A stretch of DNA of 64,000 nucleotides from assembly GCA_035605035.1 (NCBI GenBank), contig DATNHI010000106.1, forward strand, positions 849 to 64,848. Reading direction: 5' to 3'. The position numbers and the translations under genes are program-made. Within the stretch, counting starts at the first letter, position 1; each line of letters starts with the position of its first letter. The notes below the pieces were generated by a model. It worked only from the letters and a program-made list of their open reading frames with translations. It did not search any database and had not been told where the DNA came from. The stretch is from Verrucomicrobiia bacterium. GTDB taxonomy: Bacteria > Verrucomicrobiota > Verrucomicrobiia > Limisphaerales > UBA11358. Below, piece by piece: positions 1 through 8,976 of the stretch.

Positions 1-480
1 CGTGCCGGGATTGGCGCCCGTAATCCCGGCGATTTCTTCGAGTGAAAAATCCTCGATGAAGTGCAGCAGCAGCACCGCGCGTTGCGGCAATGGCAATTGG
101 TTCAGCAAATTCATGAACCCGGCTTCCTGTTCCTGCCGGATAAGCAAATCGTCCGGGCTGTGCTCAAATTCATCCGGCAATTCAGCAATTTCCTCGCGCA
201 AAATCTCTTCGCGATTCTGTTTCCGCCAGCGTTGAGCGCATTTCTGGTGCGCAATGCCGAAAAGCCAGCTCCCGAATTTCGCGTTATCGCGCAGGCCGCC
301 GATATGCCGGACGGCGGCGATGAATGTCTCCTGCACAATGTCCAGGCTCGTTTGCTCGTCATGCACCAGTTCAAAAACATAAACGTAAAGCGGCAGTTGG
401 TAGCGGTGGAACAGGGCGTCCCAGGCCGCCGGTTCTCCGGCGCGGGCCTGCGGCACGGGCAGTTGTTCGCGTTCAGCCAC
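1..480 (-). CDS. ECF-type sigma-70 family RNA polymerase sigma factor, C-terminus cut by left window edge
   Basis: Absent from ORF track because it runs off the edge. Reverse-strand GTG at 480, in frame to nt 1. Hand translation VAEREQLPVPQARAGEPAAWDALFHRYQLPLYVYVFELVHDEQTSLDIVQETFIAAVRHIGGLRDNAKFGSWLFGIAHQKC...LPLPQRAVLLLHFIEDFSLEEIAGITG shows sigma region 2 and region 4 patterns. Confidence 0.85.
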   Translation of the reverse strand, partial: MAEREQLPVPQARAGEPAAWDALFHRYQLPLYVYVFELVHDEQTSLDIVQETFIAAVRHIGGLRDNAKFGSWLFGIAHQKCAQRWRKQNREEILREEIAELPDEFEHSPDDLLIRQEQEAGFMNLLNQLPLPQRAVLLLHFIEDFSLEEIAGITGANPGT

Positions 481-615
481 TACCAGCATTTACAACAAGA
501 GGAATGCGCAAGGCGAGAAAAGGTTCAATCAAATTGAACAGAAGCTAACGAAGAAAACGAAGGGGCACATTTTCTTTGTTCCCTTTGTTGCCTTCTGTAA
601 CGAAGTTGGTTTCTG

Positions 616-1986
616 CTATCTCCAGACCCAATCGCTTTTTTCGCGGTCAACCGAACCGTCTTCCTTCAACACCACCTGTCCACCATCATCCGTTTCATTC
701 CAGCCGACGGAATAGAGCAAGAATTTGCCGTCGCTGGTGCGGTGATAATGCAAAGGCTGACCGCCGATAATGTCGTGCGGCAGTTTTTCGATGAATTGGG
801 GCACGAGCGCGTCGAACGTTTCGGGATAGCCGCCGTGCGCGAGGCGATAACGCTCCAGCGCACAGGCGATTTGCGCTTGGTTTGCCATTGTTTGGTTGTG
901 CGCGGTGGTTTGGCATGCCCGGTTGAAATTGGGAATGGCGATTGCCGCAATGAGTCTATATGGTGATATGCCGCGGCCGACAAATTTGTTAAGATCACGC
1001 AGATTCTGCTCAAAGAATCCTGGCGAAATGGTGTCGTGTGCCTCATCAAAACCATCCAGCGTATTCAATTCCATCTTTGTGACATTGACCATGTTTTGAT
1101 AAGTCCAGCCGCTTGGCCAGAACCACCAGCAGAATCTTTCGAGCCGACTTTGGCGATTAACATTCCACAGCTTTAACCAGCTTCCGTATGCCATTTCAAC
1201 CTCCCGGCAAGTACGCACCGGCCCCTCACGGAGAGCTTCCAGCACAAAGGGAGTCAAATGCACTTCCGCAAATTGTTTTTGCAATTCAGCCAGTTGCGCC
1301 TCCTGCCAGATGTGTTGTCGCACTCCTTCCGCGGCGGCATCCGTATAAAGCCCGGCGACGGCCACGTTGATCATCGCGGCCACCAGGGTCATCGGTTTGC
1401 CGGTGGGTGCGACTTGCAACAGACGGCAAAGGTCGTGCAACAGCGTCAAATCCTCCAGTGCCTGTTCCGGCTGGTTCAACAGCAAATGACTATGTGCTCG
1501 TTGAGCCAGGGTCTGTGCGACGGCGCGCACGGCAACAAAATCCGGGATCGGCATCGCAACCGGGTCGTGATAATCGCCCTCCATCCGCGCGTAAGGCCGT
1601 TTGAGCGCTTCGCGAATGAGATTGAAGTCCGGTGTGAATTGGTCGCTCCAGGCCAGATAGTCCCTGGCGTCTTTTTCGGAACTGATGCCGTTGGTTGTGC
1701 CTATCGTACTTGTTTTTGGATTGGCGAGCCGTTTGGTCAAGTCACCCGTTGCATTCGGATTTCTGACAAACCACGCCTGCATCTTTGGCGCAGCGAAAAA
1801 ATTCCGGTCAGCCGGCACGGGCGGCGGAATAAATTTGTCCCAATCCAAAACAAAACCCTTCGCCTCGAATTCGTGTTTGCACTTTTGCCAGGCGTGCCAG
1901 CCGCGCAAATCCTCCTCGGCGTAGAAAATCAAAACCAGGGCAACCAACGCGGCCAGAACGATTGAGGTCCACTTCAGAGCTTTCAC
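616..1986 (-). CDS. hypothetical membrane-anchored protein (N-terminal TM helix, large extracytoplasmic domain)
   Basis: 456-aa ORF. N-terminus MKALKWTSIVLAALVALVLIFY is hydrophobic. C-terminus LERYRLAHGGYPETFDALVP...GGQPLHYHRTSDGKFLLYSVGWNETDDGG resembles pseudopilin-like C-terminal folds. No family assigned. Confidence 0.6.
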   Translation of the reverse strand: MKALKWTSIVLAALVALVLIFYAEEDLRGWHAWQKCKHEFEAKGFVLDWDKFIPPPVPADRNFFAAPKMQAWFVRNPNATGDLTKRLANPKTSTIGTTNGISSEKDARDYLAWSDQFTPDFNLIREALKRPYARMEGDYHDPVAMPIPDFVAVRAVAQTLAQRAHSHLLLNQPEQALEDLTLLHDLCRLLQVAPTGKPMTLVAAMINVAVAGLYTDAAAEGVRQHIWQEAQLAELQKQFAEVHLTPFVLEALREGPVRTCREVEMAYGSWLKLWNVNRQSRLERFCWWFWPSGWTYQNMVNVTKMELNTLDGFDEAHDTISPGFFEQNLRDLNKFVGRGISPYRLIAAIAIPNFNRACQTTAHNQTMANQAQIACALERYRLAHGGYPETFDALVPQFIEKLPHDIIGGQPLHYHRTSDGKFLLYSVGWNETDDGGQVVLKEDGSVDREKSDWVWR

Positions 1987-2039
1987 GCCCTCGCTTTACA
2001 GGATTGCCAATGGCGCGTCAATCGCGCTAAATAAGGTGA

Positions 2040-2531
2040 ATGCCAACGGTCGCCGAACAACTCCGCGCCGGGCGCGAGGCCAAAAAACTCACGATCCAAC
2101 AGGTCGCGGACGCCACCAAAATCCGCACCGACCACATCCGCGCGCTGGAGGAGGGAAATTTCAACGTGTTCTCCGCGCCGGTGTATATCCGCGGGTTTGT
2201 CCGCAATTACGCCACACAGCTCAAACTCGACGTGCCGCAAGTCATGGCCGCGCTCGATGCCGAACTGGGCCGCACGGAAAAATTCAGCGAACCGCCACCG
2301 CTGGTCGAGCAGCCCAAAACCGTGCTCGATCACCTCATGGATTGGCTCGTCAAACTGAACTGGCGGGTGGGGGCCGCCGGCCTCGCCGCCGTGGGCGTCG
2401 TCCTGGTCCTCGTGCTCGCCGGTCTGGCGTGGCGGCATCACAACCGCAGCCATCCGGTGGTCAATCTGCCGCCCGCCGTTTATCAAACCACCAACTCCGG
2501 CGAAACGCTCCCGCTGCCGTCACACCGCTGA
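2040..2531 (+). CDS. RodZ-like helix-turn-helix membrane protein
   Basis: N-terminal HTH LTIQQVADATKIRTDHIRALEEGNF...YIRGFVRNYA, followed by a TM segment AAGLAAVGVVLVLVLAGLAW. Confidence 0.7.
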   Translation: MPTVAEQLRAGREAKKLTIQQVADATKIRTDHIRALEEGNFNVFSAPVYIRGFVRNYATQLKLDVPQVMAALDAELGRTEKFSEPPPLVEQPKTVLDHLMDWLVKLNWRVGAAGLAAVGVVLVLVLAGLAWRHHNRSHPVVNLPPAVYQTTNSGETLPLPSHR

Positions 2532-2534
2532 CTT

Positions 2535-2620
2535 TGTAGGAGCCGAGGTAACGAGGCTCATTTCAAGCCGAATCTTGAATCTGGAATTAAGAAGTGAGCC
2601 TCCTCACGTCGGCTCCTACA
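2535..2620. repeat. 26-nt-arm inverted repeat (tgtaggagccga... family), copy 1, between convergent genes
   Basis: Left arm tgtaggagccgaggtaacgaggctca. Right arm tgagcctcctcacgtcggctcctaca is its near reverse complement. About 34-nt loop. Sits exactly between the stops at 2531 and 2623. Confidence 0.85.
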
Positions 2621-2622
2621 TT

Positions 2623-3219
2623 TCACACATCGGTCAGATAAATCGCCCGGTTGCGCCATAAATAAATCGCGCCGGACGCCACCGTCAGCCCGACGGTCAG
2701 CCAGAGCATGAATTCCGCGAACGCCGGCACCCACGACAGGAAAAAATTTCGCAGCCAATCCTTCCATTCCGCGCAGGCGTCCAGGACCAGCAGGGCGTTG
2801 ATGGTGATAATTTGCGAGATGGTCTTGTGTTTGCCGAAGTTTTCCGCCGCCAGCACAACGTTTTTTGACGCCGCCAACAGTCGCAGGCCGGTGATCGCGA
2901 ATTCGCGCGCGACGATGATGATGACCATCCACGCGGCGACCTTGACCGGCGCGTGCGGGTCCAGACGCGTGCTTTCGACGAACGCAATGAACGCCGAGCA
3001 GGTCATGATTTTGTCCGCCAGCGGGTCCATGAGGATGCCGAAATTGGTGATGAGCTTGCGGCGGCGGGCGAGCCAGCCGTCCAGGAAATCCGTGGCGCCG
3101 GCCAACGAGAAAAAAATCAGCGCCAGCGTGTCGTTATACCGGATCGGCGAGAACAGCGCCCACAGAAAAAGCGCCGTCAACACAAAACGAAAGACCGTCA
3201 GCTTATTGGGCAGGTTCAT
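2623..3219 (-). CDS. pgsA: CDP-diacylglycerol--glycerol-3-phosphate 3-phosphatidyltransferase
   Basis: MNLPNKLTVFRF...GATDFLDGWLARRRKLITNFGILMDPLADK is the CDP-alcohol phosphatidyltransferase motif. ORF track start 3246 probably over-extended; ATG at 3219 preferred. Confidence 0.85.
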   Translation of the reverse strand: MNLPNKLTVFRFVLTALFLWALFSPIRYNDTLALIFFSLAGATDFLDGWLARRRKLITNFGILMDPLADKIMTCSAFIAFVESTRLDPHAPVKVAAWMVIIIVAREFAITGLRLLAASKNVVLAAENFGKHKTISQIITINALLVLDACAEWKDWLRNFFLSWVPAFAEFMLWLTVGLTVASGAIYLWRNRAIYLTDV

Positions 3220-3229
3220 TTCGTAAAAG

Positions 3230-3294
3230 TGTAGGAGACGACGCAAGGAGTCTCACTTTAAAAATATTTGAGCCTCGTTACCTCGGCTCCTACA
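3230..3294. repeat. inverted repeat of the tgtaggag... family, copy 2
   Basis: Arms tgtaggagacgacgcaaggagtctca and tgagcctcgttacctcggctcctaca. Lies between the apgM stop and the pgsA start. Confidence 0.8.
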
Positions 3295-3303
3295 AAATCA
3301 AAC

Positions 3304-4545
3304 TTACGCCCCGAATTTGTCGAACATCCGCGCATTGGCCTGCATCAGGCGGATGAGATACTTCGCCTCGAACACGCCCAGCGAGCCGAGGTTCGCGCCG
3401 GTTTCGGTGAAGCGTTCCAGCTTGTCCGTGCCGCTGAACGCCGAGTGCAACAGCACCGGTTGCGGATGCCACGAATGGCCCTTGACCGCCACCGGCGTCG
3501 AATGGTCGCCGGTGATGACCAGCACGTCGGGCTTTTTCCGCAGCAAAATCGGCAGCGCGGCGTCGAAATCCTGAATCGCATTCATTTTCGCCACGAAATT
3601 GCCGTCTTCGCCGTATTTGTCCGTGTATTTGTAATGGATGAAAAAGAAATCGAAATTGTCGTATTCCTTGAGGTAACGCTCGAACTGCTCGGTGATGGTC
3701 GCCGGGCCTTCAATCTTCTTCATGCCCACGAGTTGCGCCAGGCCTTTGTACATGGGATAAACCGCCAGCGCGGCGGCCCGCAGCTTGTAACGCTCCGCGA
3801 ACAGCGGGAGGTGTGGCTGGTGCGCGATGCCGCGCATGAGAAAACCGTTGGCCGGCTTTTCCCGCACGAGGAGGGGCAGCGCAGCCATGTAAAAACCCGT
3901 GATAAGCGCGGCCATTTTTTTCTGCCCGGCGTTGTTCTCGTCGCGCGGACGAACGGTGGGAATGGGAAAACCTTCGCGGTTCGGATCGGCGTCGGTCAGC
4001 GGCCCTTCGAGTCCGCTGCCGCGAAACACGACGACGAACCGGTGTTCCTTGCCGGCCTTGATGAGGATTTCGGTGTCGCCGAGTTGTTTTACTTCTGCCG
4101 AGAGCATTGCGCACAGTTTCTCGCACGTCTCCGTCGGGATGCGTCCGGCGCGGCGGTCGGTGACGATTGCCTTCTTGTCGAGCGTGCAGAAGTTTGCGCG
4201 GGCGCAAACGTCGCCGGGCTTGAGTTCCATACCCAGCCCCAGCGCCTCAATCACGCCGCGGCCGACCTGGAACTCCAGCGGATCGTAACCAAACAAGCCG
4301 AGATGCCCCGGCCCGCTGCCGGGTGTGATGCCGGGCGCGACGGGAATCATCCGGCCCTGCGCCGAATCCTTGCAGAGCTGGTCGAGGTTCGGCGTGGTGG
4401 CAGCTTCGAGCGGTGTCAGGTAATTTTGTTCCCGCGTGGCGAGATCACCGAGGCCGTCCAGCACGACCAGCGCGAGCTTGGCGTTGGTTTTCAGCGTCAG
4501 TTCGGAATAAAGCGCGTCCAGATTCATCCGCCCATTTTGCCGCAA
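3304..4545 (-). CDS. apgM: cofactor-independent phosphoglycerate mutase, archaeal/ApgM type
   Basis: KLALVVLDGLGD...PNLDQL...GITPGSGPGHLGLFGYDP...VLVITGDHSTP. Alternative start at 4527 (MNLDALY). Confidence 0.8.
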   Translation of the reverse strand: MRQNGRMNLDALYSELTLKTNAKLALVVLDGLGDLATREQNYLTPLEAATTPNLDQLCKDSAQGRMIPVAPGITPGSGPGHLGLFGYDPLEFQVGRGVIEALGLGMELKPGDVCARANFCTLDKKAIVTDRRAGRIPTETCEKLCAMLSAEVKQLGDTEILIKAGKEHRFVVVFRGSGLEGPLTDADPNREGFPIPTVRPRDENNAGQKKMAALITGFYMAALPLLVREKPANGFLMRGIAHQPHLPLFAERYKLRAAALAVYPMYKGLAQLVGMKKIEGPATITEQFERYLKEYDNFDFFFIHYKYTDKYGEDGNFVAKMNAIQDFDAALPILLRKKPDVLVITGDHSTPVAVKGHSWHPQPVLLHSAFSGTDKLERFTETGANLGSLGVFEAKYLIRLMQANARMFDKFGA

Positions 4546-4626
4546 GCGCGCCGGAGCGCAATGCGATTCCCGATGGGCCGGTAAAGTTACGCTTTTCAGC
4601 CATGTTATTTGTGTTAATCTCCAGCG

Positions 4627-5565
4627 GTGCTCACGAGTTCAGCGACCGAACAAACCACGCTGCGACGGAGACGGCTCAATTTCCTCCGCTGGTTGCCGGT
4701 CGCCGCGTCGCTGACCCTGCTGATCATGATCGCGATTATTTCCACCCGAACGATGTCGGATTTGAAGCAGGCAACCTATCGCCACCAGCACACGGTTCAG
4801 GAAATCCTCGCCGCGCATGCTTATGAAGACAATATCGTGGACATCCAGAACAACATGCGCGATTTCGTGACGATGGGCGATGCCGCGGCGCTCGCCGCGT
4901 GTCAGCGCTGCATCGTCCAGGAGCAGCAGCAGTTCGACCGGCTCGTCAACCTGACGCGCGACAACCCTGAACAGCAGCAGCGTTTGCAGGCCCTCTCCGT
5001 AGCAATGAAGGACCTGTTTGCCTACGACACGCGGTTGATTGACACTTACAAGCTACACGGCGCCGAGGCGGTGCTGCAAATCGAGCAAACGGGTGAAGGC
5101 CGGGCCGTCACCGGCCGCGCGCGTGACATTTTGAAGAAGTTCACCGGCGTGGAACAGGGATTGTTGGACGCGCGCGCCGCCATGGAACAGACGGATTACA
5201 ACAATACCGAGCGCTTGCTCATTGTTGGCAGCGTGCTGGTCGTGGCGCTGCTCGTGCTGGCTAATTTCGTGACCAGCCGCGAAATGGCCCGACGCCGGCG
5301 CGCGGAAATCGAACGCGAAAAACTCATCGCCGAGCTGCAGCGGACCCTGGCCGAGGTAAAAACCCTGTCCGGCCTTATCCCGATTTGCGCCTGGTGCAAG
5401 AACGTCCGCAACGACCAGGGCTACTGGCAAACCGTCGAGCAATACGTCCATTCGCGTTCCGACGCCAGCTTCTCGCACAGCATCTGCCCCGGTTGCCGGG
5501 AAAAATTCAAAGACGAAATTGCCAAAGGCCACCGGCCGGGCGAACCATCGCCGTCACAAAATTGA
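4627..5565 (+). CDS. CHASE3-like sensor protein with Cys-rich C-terminal module
   Basis: N-terminal TM helix, CHASE3-like periplasmic region (HTVQEILAAHAYEDNIVDIQNNMRDFVTMGD), second TM helix, coiled coil, then LIPICAWCKNVRNDQGYWQTVEQYVHSRSDASFSHSICPGCREKF. No kinase, GGDEF or other known output domain seen. Confidence 0.65.
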   Translation: MLTSSATEQTTLRRRRLNFLRWLPVAASLTLLIMIAIISTRTMSDLKQATYRHQHTVQEILAAHAYEDNIVDIQNNMRDFVTMGDAAALAACQRCIVQEQQQFDRLVNLTRDNPEQQQRLQALSVAMKDLFAYDTRLIDTYKLHGAEAVLQIEQTGEGRAVTGRARDILKKFTGVEQGLLDARAAMEQTDYNNTERLLIVGSVLVVALLVLANFVTSREMARRRRAEIEREKLIAELQRTLAEVKTLSGLIPICAWCKNVRNDQGYWQTVEQYVHSRSDASFSHSICPGCREKFKDEIAKGHRPGEPSPSQN

Positions 5566-5595
5566 ACTTCGCCACCGGCATGCCGGATTTTCAAC

Positions 5596-6822
5596 GTGAC
5601 TCCGCTGCAATTGCATGAATTTCATCACCGCCTCGGCGCGCGATTTGCGGAAGTGAACGGCGCAGAAGTGGTGAACGATTACGGCGTTTGGCTGGCCGAA
5701 CACGCTGCGCTCCGCGAAAGCGCCGGTGTGATTGATTTGAGTTTTCGTTCGCGAATCTGCCTGGTCGGCAGCGACCGCGTCCGCTTTCTGCACGGACAGG
5801 TCACGAACGACGTGAAACGTTTGCAGGTCGGTGAAGGCTGCTATGCCGCGCTGGTCACGGCCAAAGGCAAAATGGAGAGTGGCCTGAACATTTTCTGCCT
5901 GCCGGACGAACTGCTGCTGGAGTTCGAGCCAGGCCTGACCGGAAAAATTTCGCAACGGCTCGAAAAATTTATCGTCGCCGATGATGTGCAAATTTTGGAT
6001 GCCGCGCCGCAGTACGGCTTGTTGAGCGTGCAAGGGCCAAGGGCGGAAGATGTGGTCCGCGCGACTGGATTGTTTGGGTGGGGCGAGGATCCTGACGGGC
6101 CGGATTCTACGGGCAACCAGCACGGCTCGTCAGGAGCCTCGCCCCACCAATTCCCAACCAAGCCATTCGACTCGGTGAAAATTTCCGATGCGACGCTCGG
6201 CGAAATTTATCTCGCGAATCAGCCGCGTTTTGGAGTGCGGCGACATGTCGCCGCTTTTCAAAGCGCGGACATGTCCACGCACTCCACGATTTCAAGCGGC
6301 TTCGATTTGTTGGTCCCCAACTCATCTCTGGCTGCCGTGGCGGACAAACTCATCGCTGCCGCAAAGTCCGTCGGTGGTCTTGCCTGTGGTTGGCAGGCGT
6401 TCGAGACCGCGCGCATCGAGGCGGGCATTCCGCGCTTCGGCGCGGACATGGACGAAACGAACCTGCCGCTCGAATGCGGCATCGAAAATCAGGCGGTGAG
6501 CTACAACAAAGGCTGTTACATCGGGCAGGAAGTCATCAACCGTGTCCACAGCTTCGGTCATGTCAACCGGGAATTGCGCGGCCTGCGTCTCAGCGACCCC
6601 GCAAGCGCGGGGCTGCCATTACCACAACGCGGTGACAAGCTTTTCCATAACGACAAGGAAATCGGCTACGTCACCAGCGCCGTCAAATCGCCGGTGCTCA
6701 ACGCGGTCATCGTACTCGGTTACGTCCGCCGCGAAGCGAACCAAATCGGGACCGAGTTGTTGCTGCGAACGGCGTCCGGCGAGAGCCCCGCGAAGATTGT
6801 AGAATTGCCGTTTGTGAAATGA
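5596..6822 (+). CDS. GcvT/YgfZ-family folate-binding protein carrying two in-frame palindromic insertions
   Basis: AGVIDLSFRSRICLVGSDRVRFLHGQVTNDV and C-terminal KGCYIGQEVINRV are aminomethyltransferase-fold signatures. About 75 extra residues in the middle. Confidence 0.75.
   Translation: MTPLQLHEFHHRLGARFAEVNGAEVVNDYGVWLAEHAALRESAGVIDLSFRSRICLVGSDRVRFLHGQVTNDVKRLQVGEGCYAALVTAKGKMESGLNIFCLPDELLLEFEPGLTGKISQRLEKFIVADDVQILDAAPQYGLLSVQGPRAEDVVRATGLFGWGEDPDGPDSTGNQHGSSGASPHQFPTKPFDSVKISDATLGEIYLANQPRFGVRRHVAAFQSADMSTHSTISSGFDLLVPNSSLAAVADKLIAAAKSVGGLACGWQAFETARIEAGIPRFGADMDETNLPLECGIENQAVSYNKGCYIGQEVINRVHSFGHVNRELRGLRLSDPASAGLPLPQRGDKLFHNDKEIGYVTSAVKSPVLNAVIVLGYVRREANQIGTELLLRTASGESPAKIVELPFVK
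6079..6146. repeat. inverted repeat inside the ygfZ-like CDS (in frame)
   Basis: Arms tggggcgaggatcctgacg and cgtcaggagcctcgcccca. Translated as GWGEDPDG...GSSGASPH. Confidence 0.8.
6232..6285. repeat. second inverted repeat inside the ygfZ-like CDS (in frame)
   Basis: Arms ggagtgcggcgacatgtcg and ggacatgtccacgcactcc. Translated as GVRRHVAAFQSADMSTHS. Confidence 0.8.
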
Positions 6823-6955
6823 TTTTCGGAGGGACGAGTTACACGAGTCCCTGACTAATCTGCAATCGGAATTCGGGAGTTCGCGAGGATCAGCGTCCAC
6901 TCAACGCCGGCTCGCGGGTACGCTCGCCCCACCAACTGGCGAGGGACTACCCGCC

Positions 6956-8413
6956 TCACCGCTTCAACGCTGAAACTGCGACTTGCTTGCTGACTTTCGC
7001 GAGGCGTTTTTCCCATTCGCCCTTGTGCGCCAACGGGTCGGCGTCCGTGCCCCAGAGTTTCTTGACCATCTCCAATTGCGGCACGAACGGGCATTTGGCC
7101 TTGGGATTTTTGTAAATCTCCTCCATCTCGCGCAACGCGAACTGCGCGCCGGTCATCACCGCCGACGAGCCGAACCGTTCGTTGAGTTGGTGCGCCGCGT
7201 CGTCCAGCGCGCCCCAGCGTTCCGCGTCGGTTTTGCCCCAAAGCGTCGGCTGCGTGTCCAGCCGCGCCAGGTTCCAGAACCCGATGCGGATTTGCCGGAC
7301 CGGTTTGGCCTGGTCGCTCATGATCTTCCGGAAAATATTTTCCAGGACCGCGTTCATGACGGAATTTTGAAATTGTGGTTCGTGAAAACGGTGACCGCCG
7401 CTGACTTCGCTGAAATCGTTGAACCGGATCGTCAGGCCCAGCTCGCGCGCCTGCATTTGCTCGCGGCGCAACTGGCCGACCAGCCGCGTCGCCTCGCTCA
7501 ACGTAAACGTGAGCGCGCCCTCGTAATCCGGCTCGTCGTAAGGCAGCGTCGTGTTGCTGGAAATCGTCGTGCGGTCCTTCACCTGCAACAGCAACGGCTC
7601 GCTCCACAGGCCGTTGGCGAACAGCCAGAGTTGCGTGCCCCAGATGCCGAACTTTTTCCGGAGCAGGGTCGAAGGCAATTTCGCCACGTGCCCGAACGTC
7701 TGCGCGCCCAGCGCCGCCAACGCGCGCTGGCGGTTTTTGCCGATGCCGGAAAGCTCGCGCACGGAACGGTCCTTGAGAAATTCTTTTTCGTCGCCGGGTT
7801 TGATTTCGATGAACCCGGGCTTGGCGGCGTCCGTCGCCAGCTTGGCCAGCCGCGATGAATTGGCCAGACCGGCCGAGACCGGCAATTTTACTTCCCGCGA
7901 AATGCGTTCGCGGATTTCGCCCACGTATTTTTCCGGCGTCGTGTCGCGCCAGACGTGACGGTCCATCGTGGTGAAATCCAGGAAACCTTCGTCAATCGAG
8001 ATGGGAACCAGCGTGGGCGAATATTCCTCGAGGATGCGGAACATCTGCCGCGACAGCTCGCGGTAGTCGTCGTAGTGCGGTTTGCACAGGACGCCGCGCG
8101 GACACAGCCGCGCCGCCTCGAAACACGCCATGCCGGTCGTGATGCCGAATTTCTTGGCCGCGCGATTGGCGGCGATGACGATGCCGTCGCCGCGCCGTCC
8201 GCCGCCGACCCAGACCGGGCGGTCCCGCAATTTGGGATTGCGGGCAATCTCGCAACTGGCGAAGAAACTGTCGCCGTCCACGTGCAGGATGCGAATGGGT
8301 GTGCTCACAACAAGCGCGTTTCGTTGGAGTTCACGCTTCAGCGTGTCTTCATGCCCTAAACAACCTGAAGGTTGAACTCCAACTGTGCGTTGTTCAGGTT
8401 CGCCCAAAACCAT
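6956..8413 (-). CDS. dinB: Y-family DNA polymerase IV
   Basis: ILHVDGDSFFASCE...ISIDEGFLD are Y-family catalytic motifs. A GTG at 8308 (VSTPIRILHVD) is a plausible true start. C-terminal extension relative to typical DinB. Confidence 0.85.
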   Translation of the reverse strand: MVLGEPEQRTVGVQPSGCLGHEDTLKRELQRNALVVSTPIRILHVDGDSFFASCEIARNPKLRDRPVWVGGGRRGDGIVIAANRAAKKFGITTGMACFEAARLCPRGVLCKPHYDDYRELSRQMFRILEEYSPTLVPISIDEGFLDFTTMDRHVWRDTTPEKYVGEIRERISREVKLPVSAGLANSSRLAKLATDAAKPGFIEIKPGDEKEFLKDRSVRELSGIGKNRQRALAALGAQTFGHVAKLPSTLLRKKFGIWGTQLWLFANGLWSEPLLLQVKDRTTISSNTTLPYDEPDYEGALTFTLSEATRLVGQLRREQMQARELGLTIRFNDFSEVSGGHRFHEPQFQNSVMNAVLENIFRKIMSDQAKPVRQIRIGFWNLARLDTQPTLWGKTDAERWGALDDAAHQLNERFGSSAVMTGAQFALREMEEIYKNPKAKCPFVPQLEMVKKLWGTDADPLAHKGEWEKRLAKVSKQVAVSALKR

Positions 8414-8548
8414 ACGCTGTCAATCCTGACTTATGACCTTGGACAAAGGCGGTCCAAGCGGAAATTTTTCATATTCTCATCCTGGAATGGTCGCCGTGCC
8501 GACGACCCTGATTTAGTTGGGACGGCGGCACGCCGTCCCTCCCGGCTT

Positions 8549-8606
8549 AAATCTCGTCGCCCCCCCACCATTTTGCGGATCCAATCCCCCTGTGACACAC
8601 GGGCGC
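8549..8606 (+). repeat. ghost copy of the purM 5' leader/start region
   Basis: Core ttttgcggatccaatccccctgtgacac (8571-8598) matches ttttgcggatttaatctccctgtgaaac (9866-9893, contains the purM GTG) at 24/28 nt by hand count. Weaker similarity on both flanks. Confidence 0.6.
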
Positions 8607-8634
8607 TTCGCCGTAAAGACTTTGCCTGAAGATT

Positions 8635-8976
8635 TCAGCCAATGCCTTCGAGCCGGTCGGTATAGACGTTCACCAGCTTGTGGGATTTGAGCAGCGTTTC
8701 AACCTGCGGCCAGACGCGGGCGAGCAAGGCATGAAAAACATTGCGGCGGAGATTGCCGAATCGCAGATGCACCACCCGTGGCGGCGGCGATTGCGTGATA
8801 ATCCGGTCTGAAAAATCCGCATCCTTGCTCACGATGACCAAATCATGTTTCCGGGCAAATTCCCAGATCTGTGAATCAGTTGGCTGCCTGGCGATTTTGG
8901 ATGTGGAAACAATGGGAAGCTTCGGCGAAAACCGCAGCCGCGTGGGCAGGTTTTCATCGAAGAGAAAGCCCTTCAT
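8635..8976 (-). CDS. DUF5615-like (PIN-like) putative toxin
   Basis: MKGFLFDENLP...IWEFARKHDLVIVSKDADF. 4-nt ATGA overlap with the upstream DUF433 gene. ORF track start 9033 likely over-extended. Confidence 0.7.
   Translation of the reverse strand: MKGFLFDENLPTRLRFSPKLPIVSTSKIARQPTDSQIWEFARKHDLVIVSKDADFSDRIITQSPPPRVVHLRFGNLRRNVFHALLARVWPQVETLLKSHKLVNVYTDRLEGIG

Noticed and set aside
3268-4584. Long antisense ORFs opposite well-supported genes. Examples: 3268-4584(+), 9767-10591(-), 14353-15207(-), 21924-23819(-), 25879-27360(-), 32213-33418(-), 35553-37367(-), 42434-43642(+), 44435-46789(+), 47108-48748(-), 49623-50534(-), 52166-53395(-), 53980-55077(-), 61183-62274(-).
   Set aside because: These are typical GC-rich shadow ORFs. 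Their translations are R/G/A/H-rich low complexity with no recognisable motifs, while the opposite strand encodes clear conserved families.
8309-8450. LexA/SOS box upstream of dinB.
   Set aside because: No clear palindrome of the TGTTC-N4-GAACA type was found, only loosely spaced tgaac...gttca. The evidence is insufficient.
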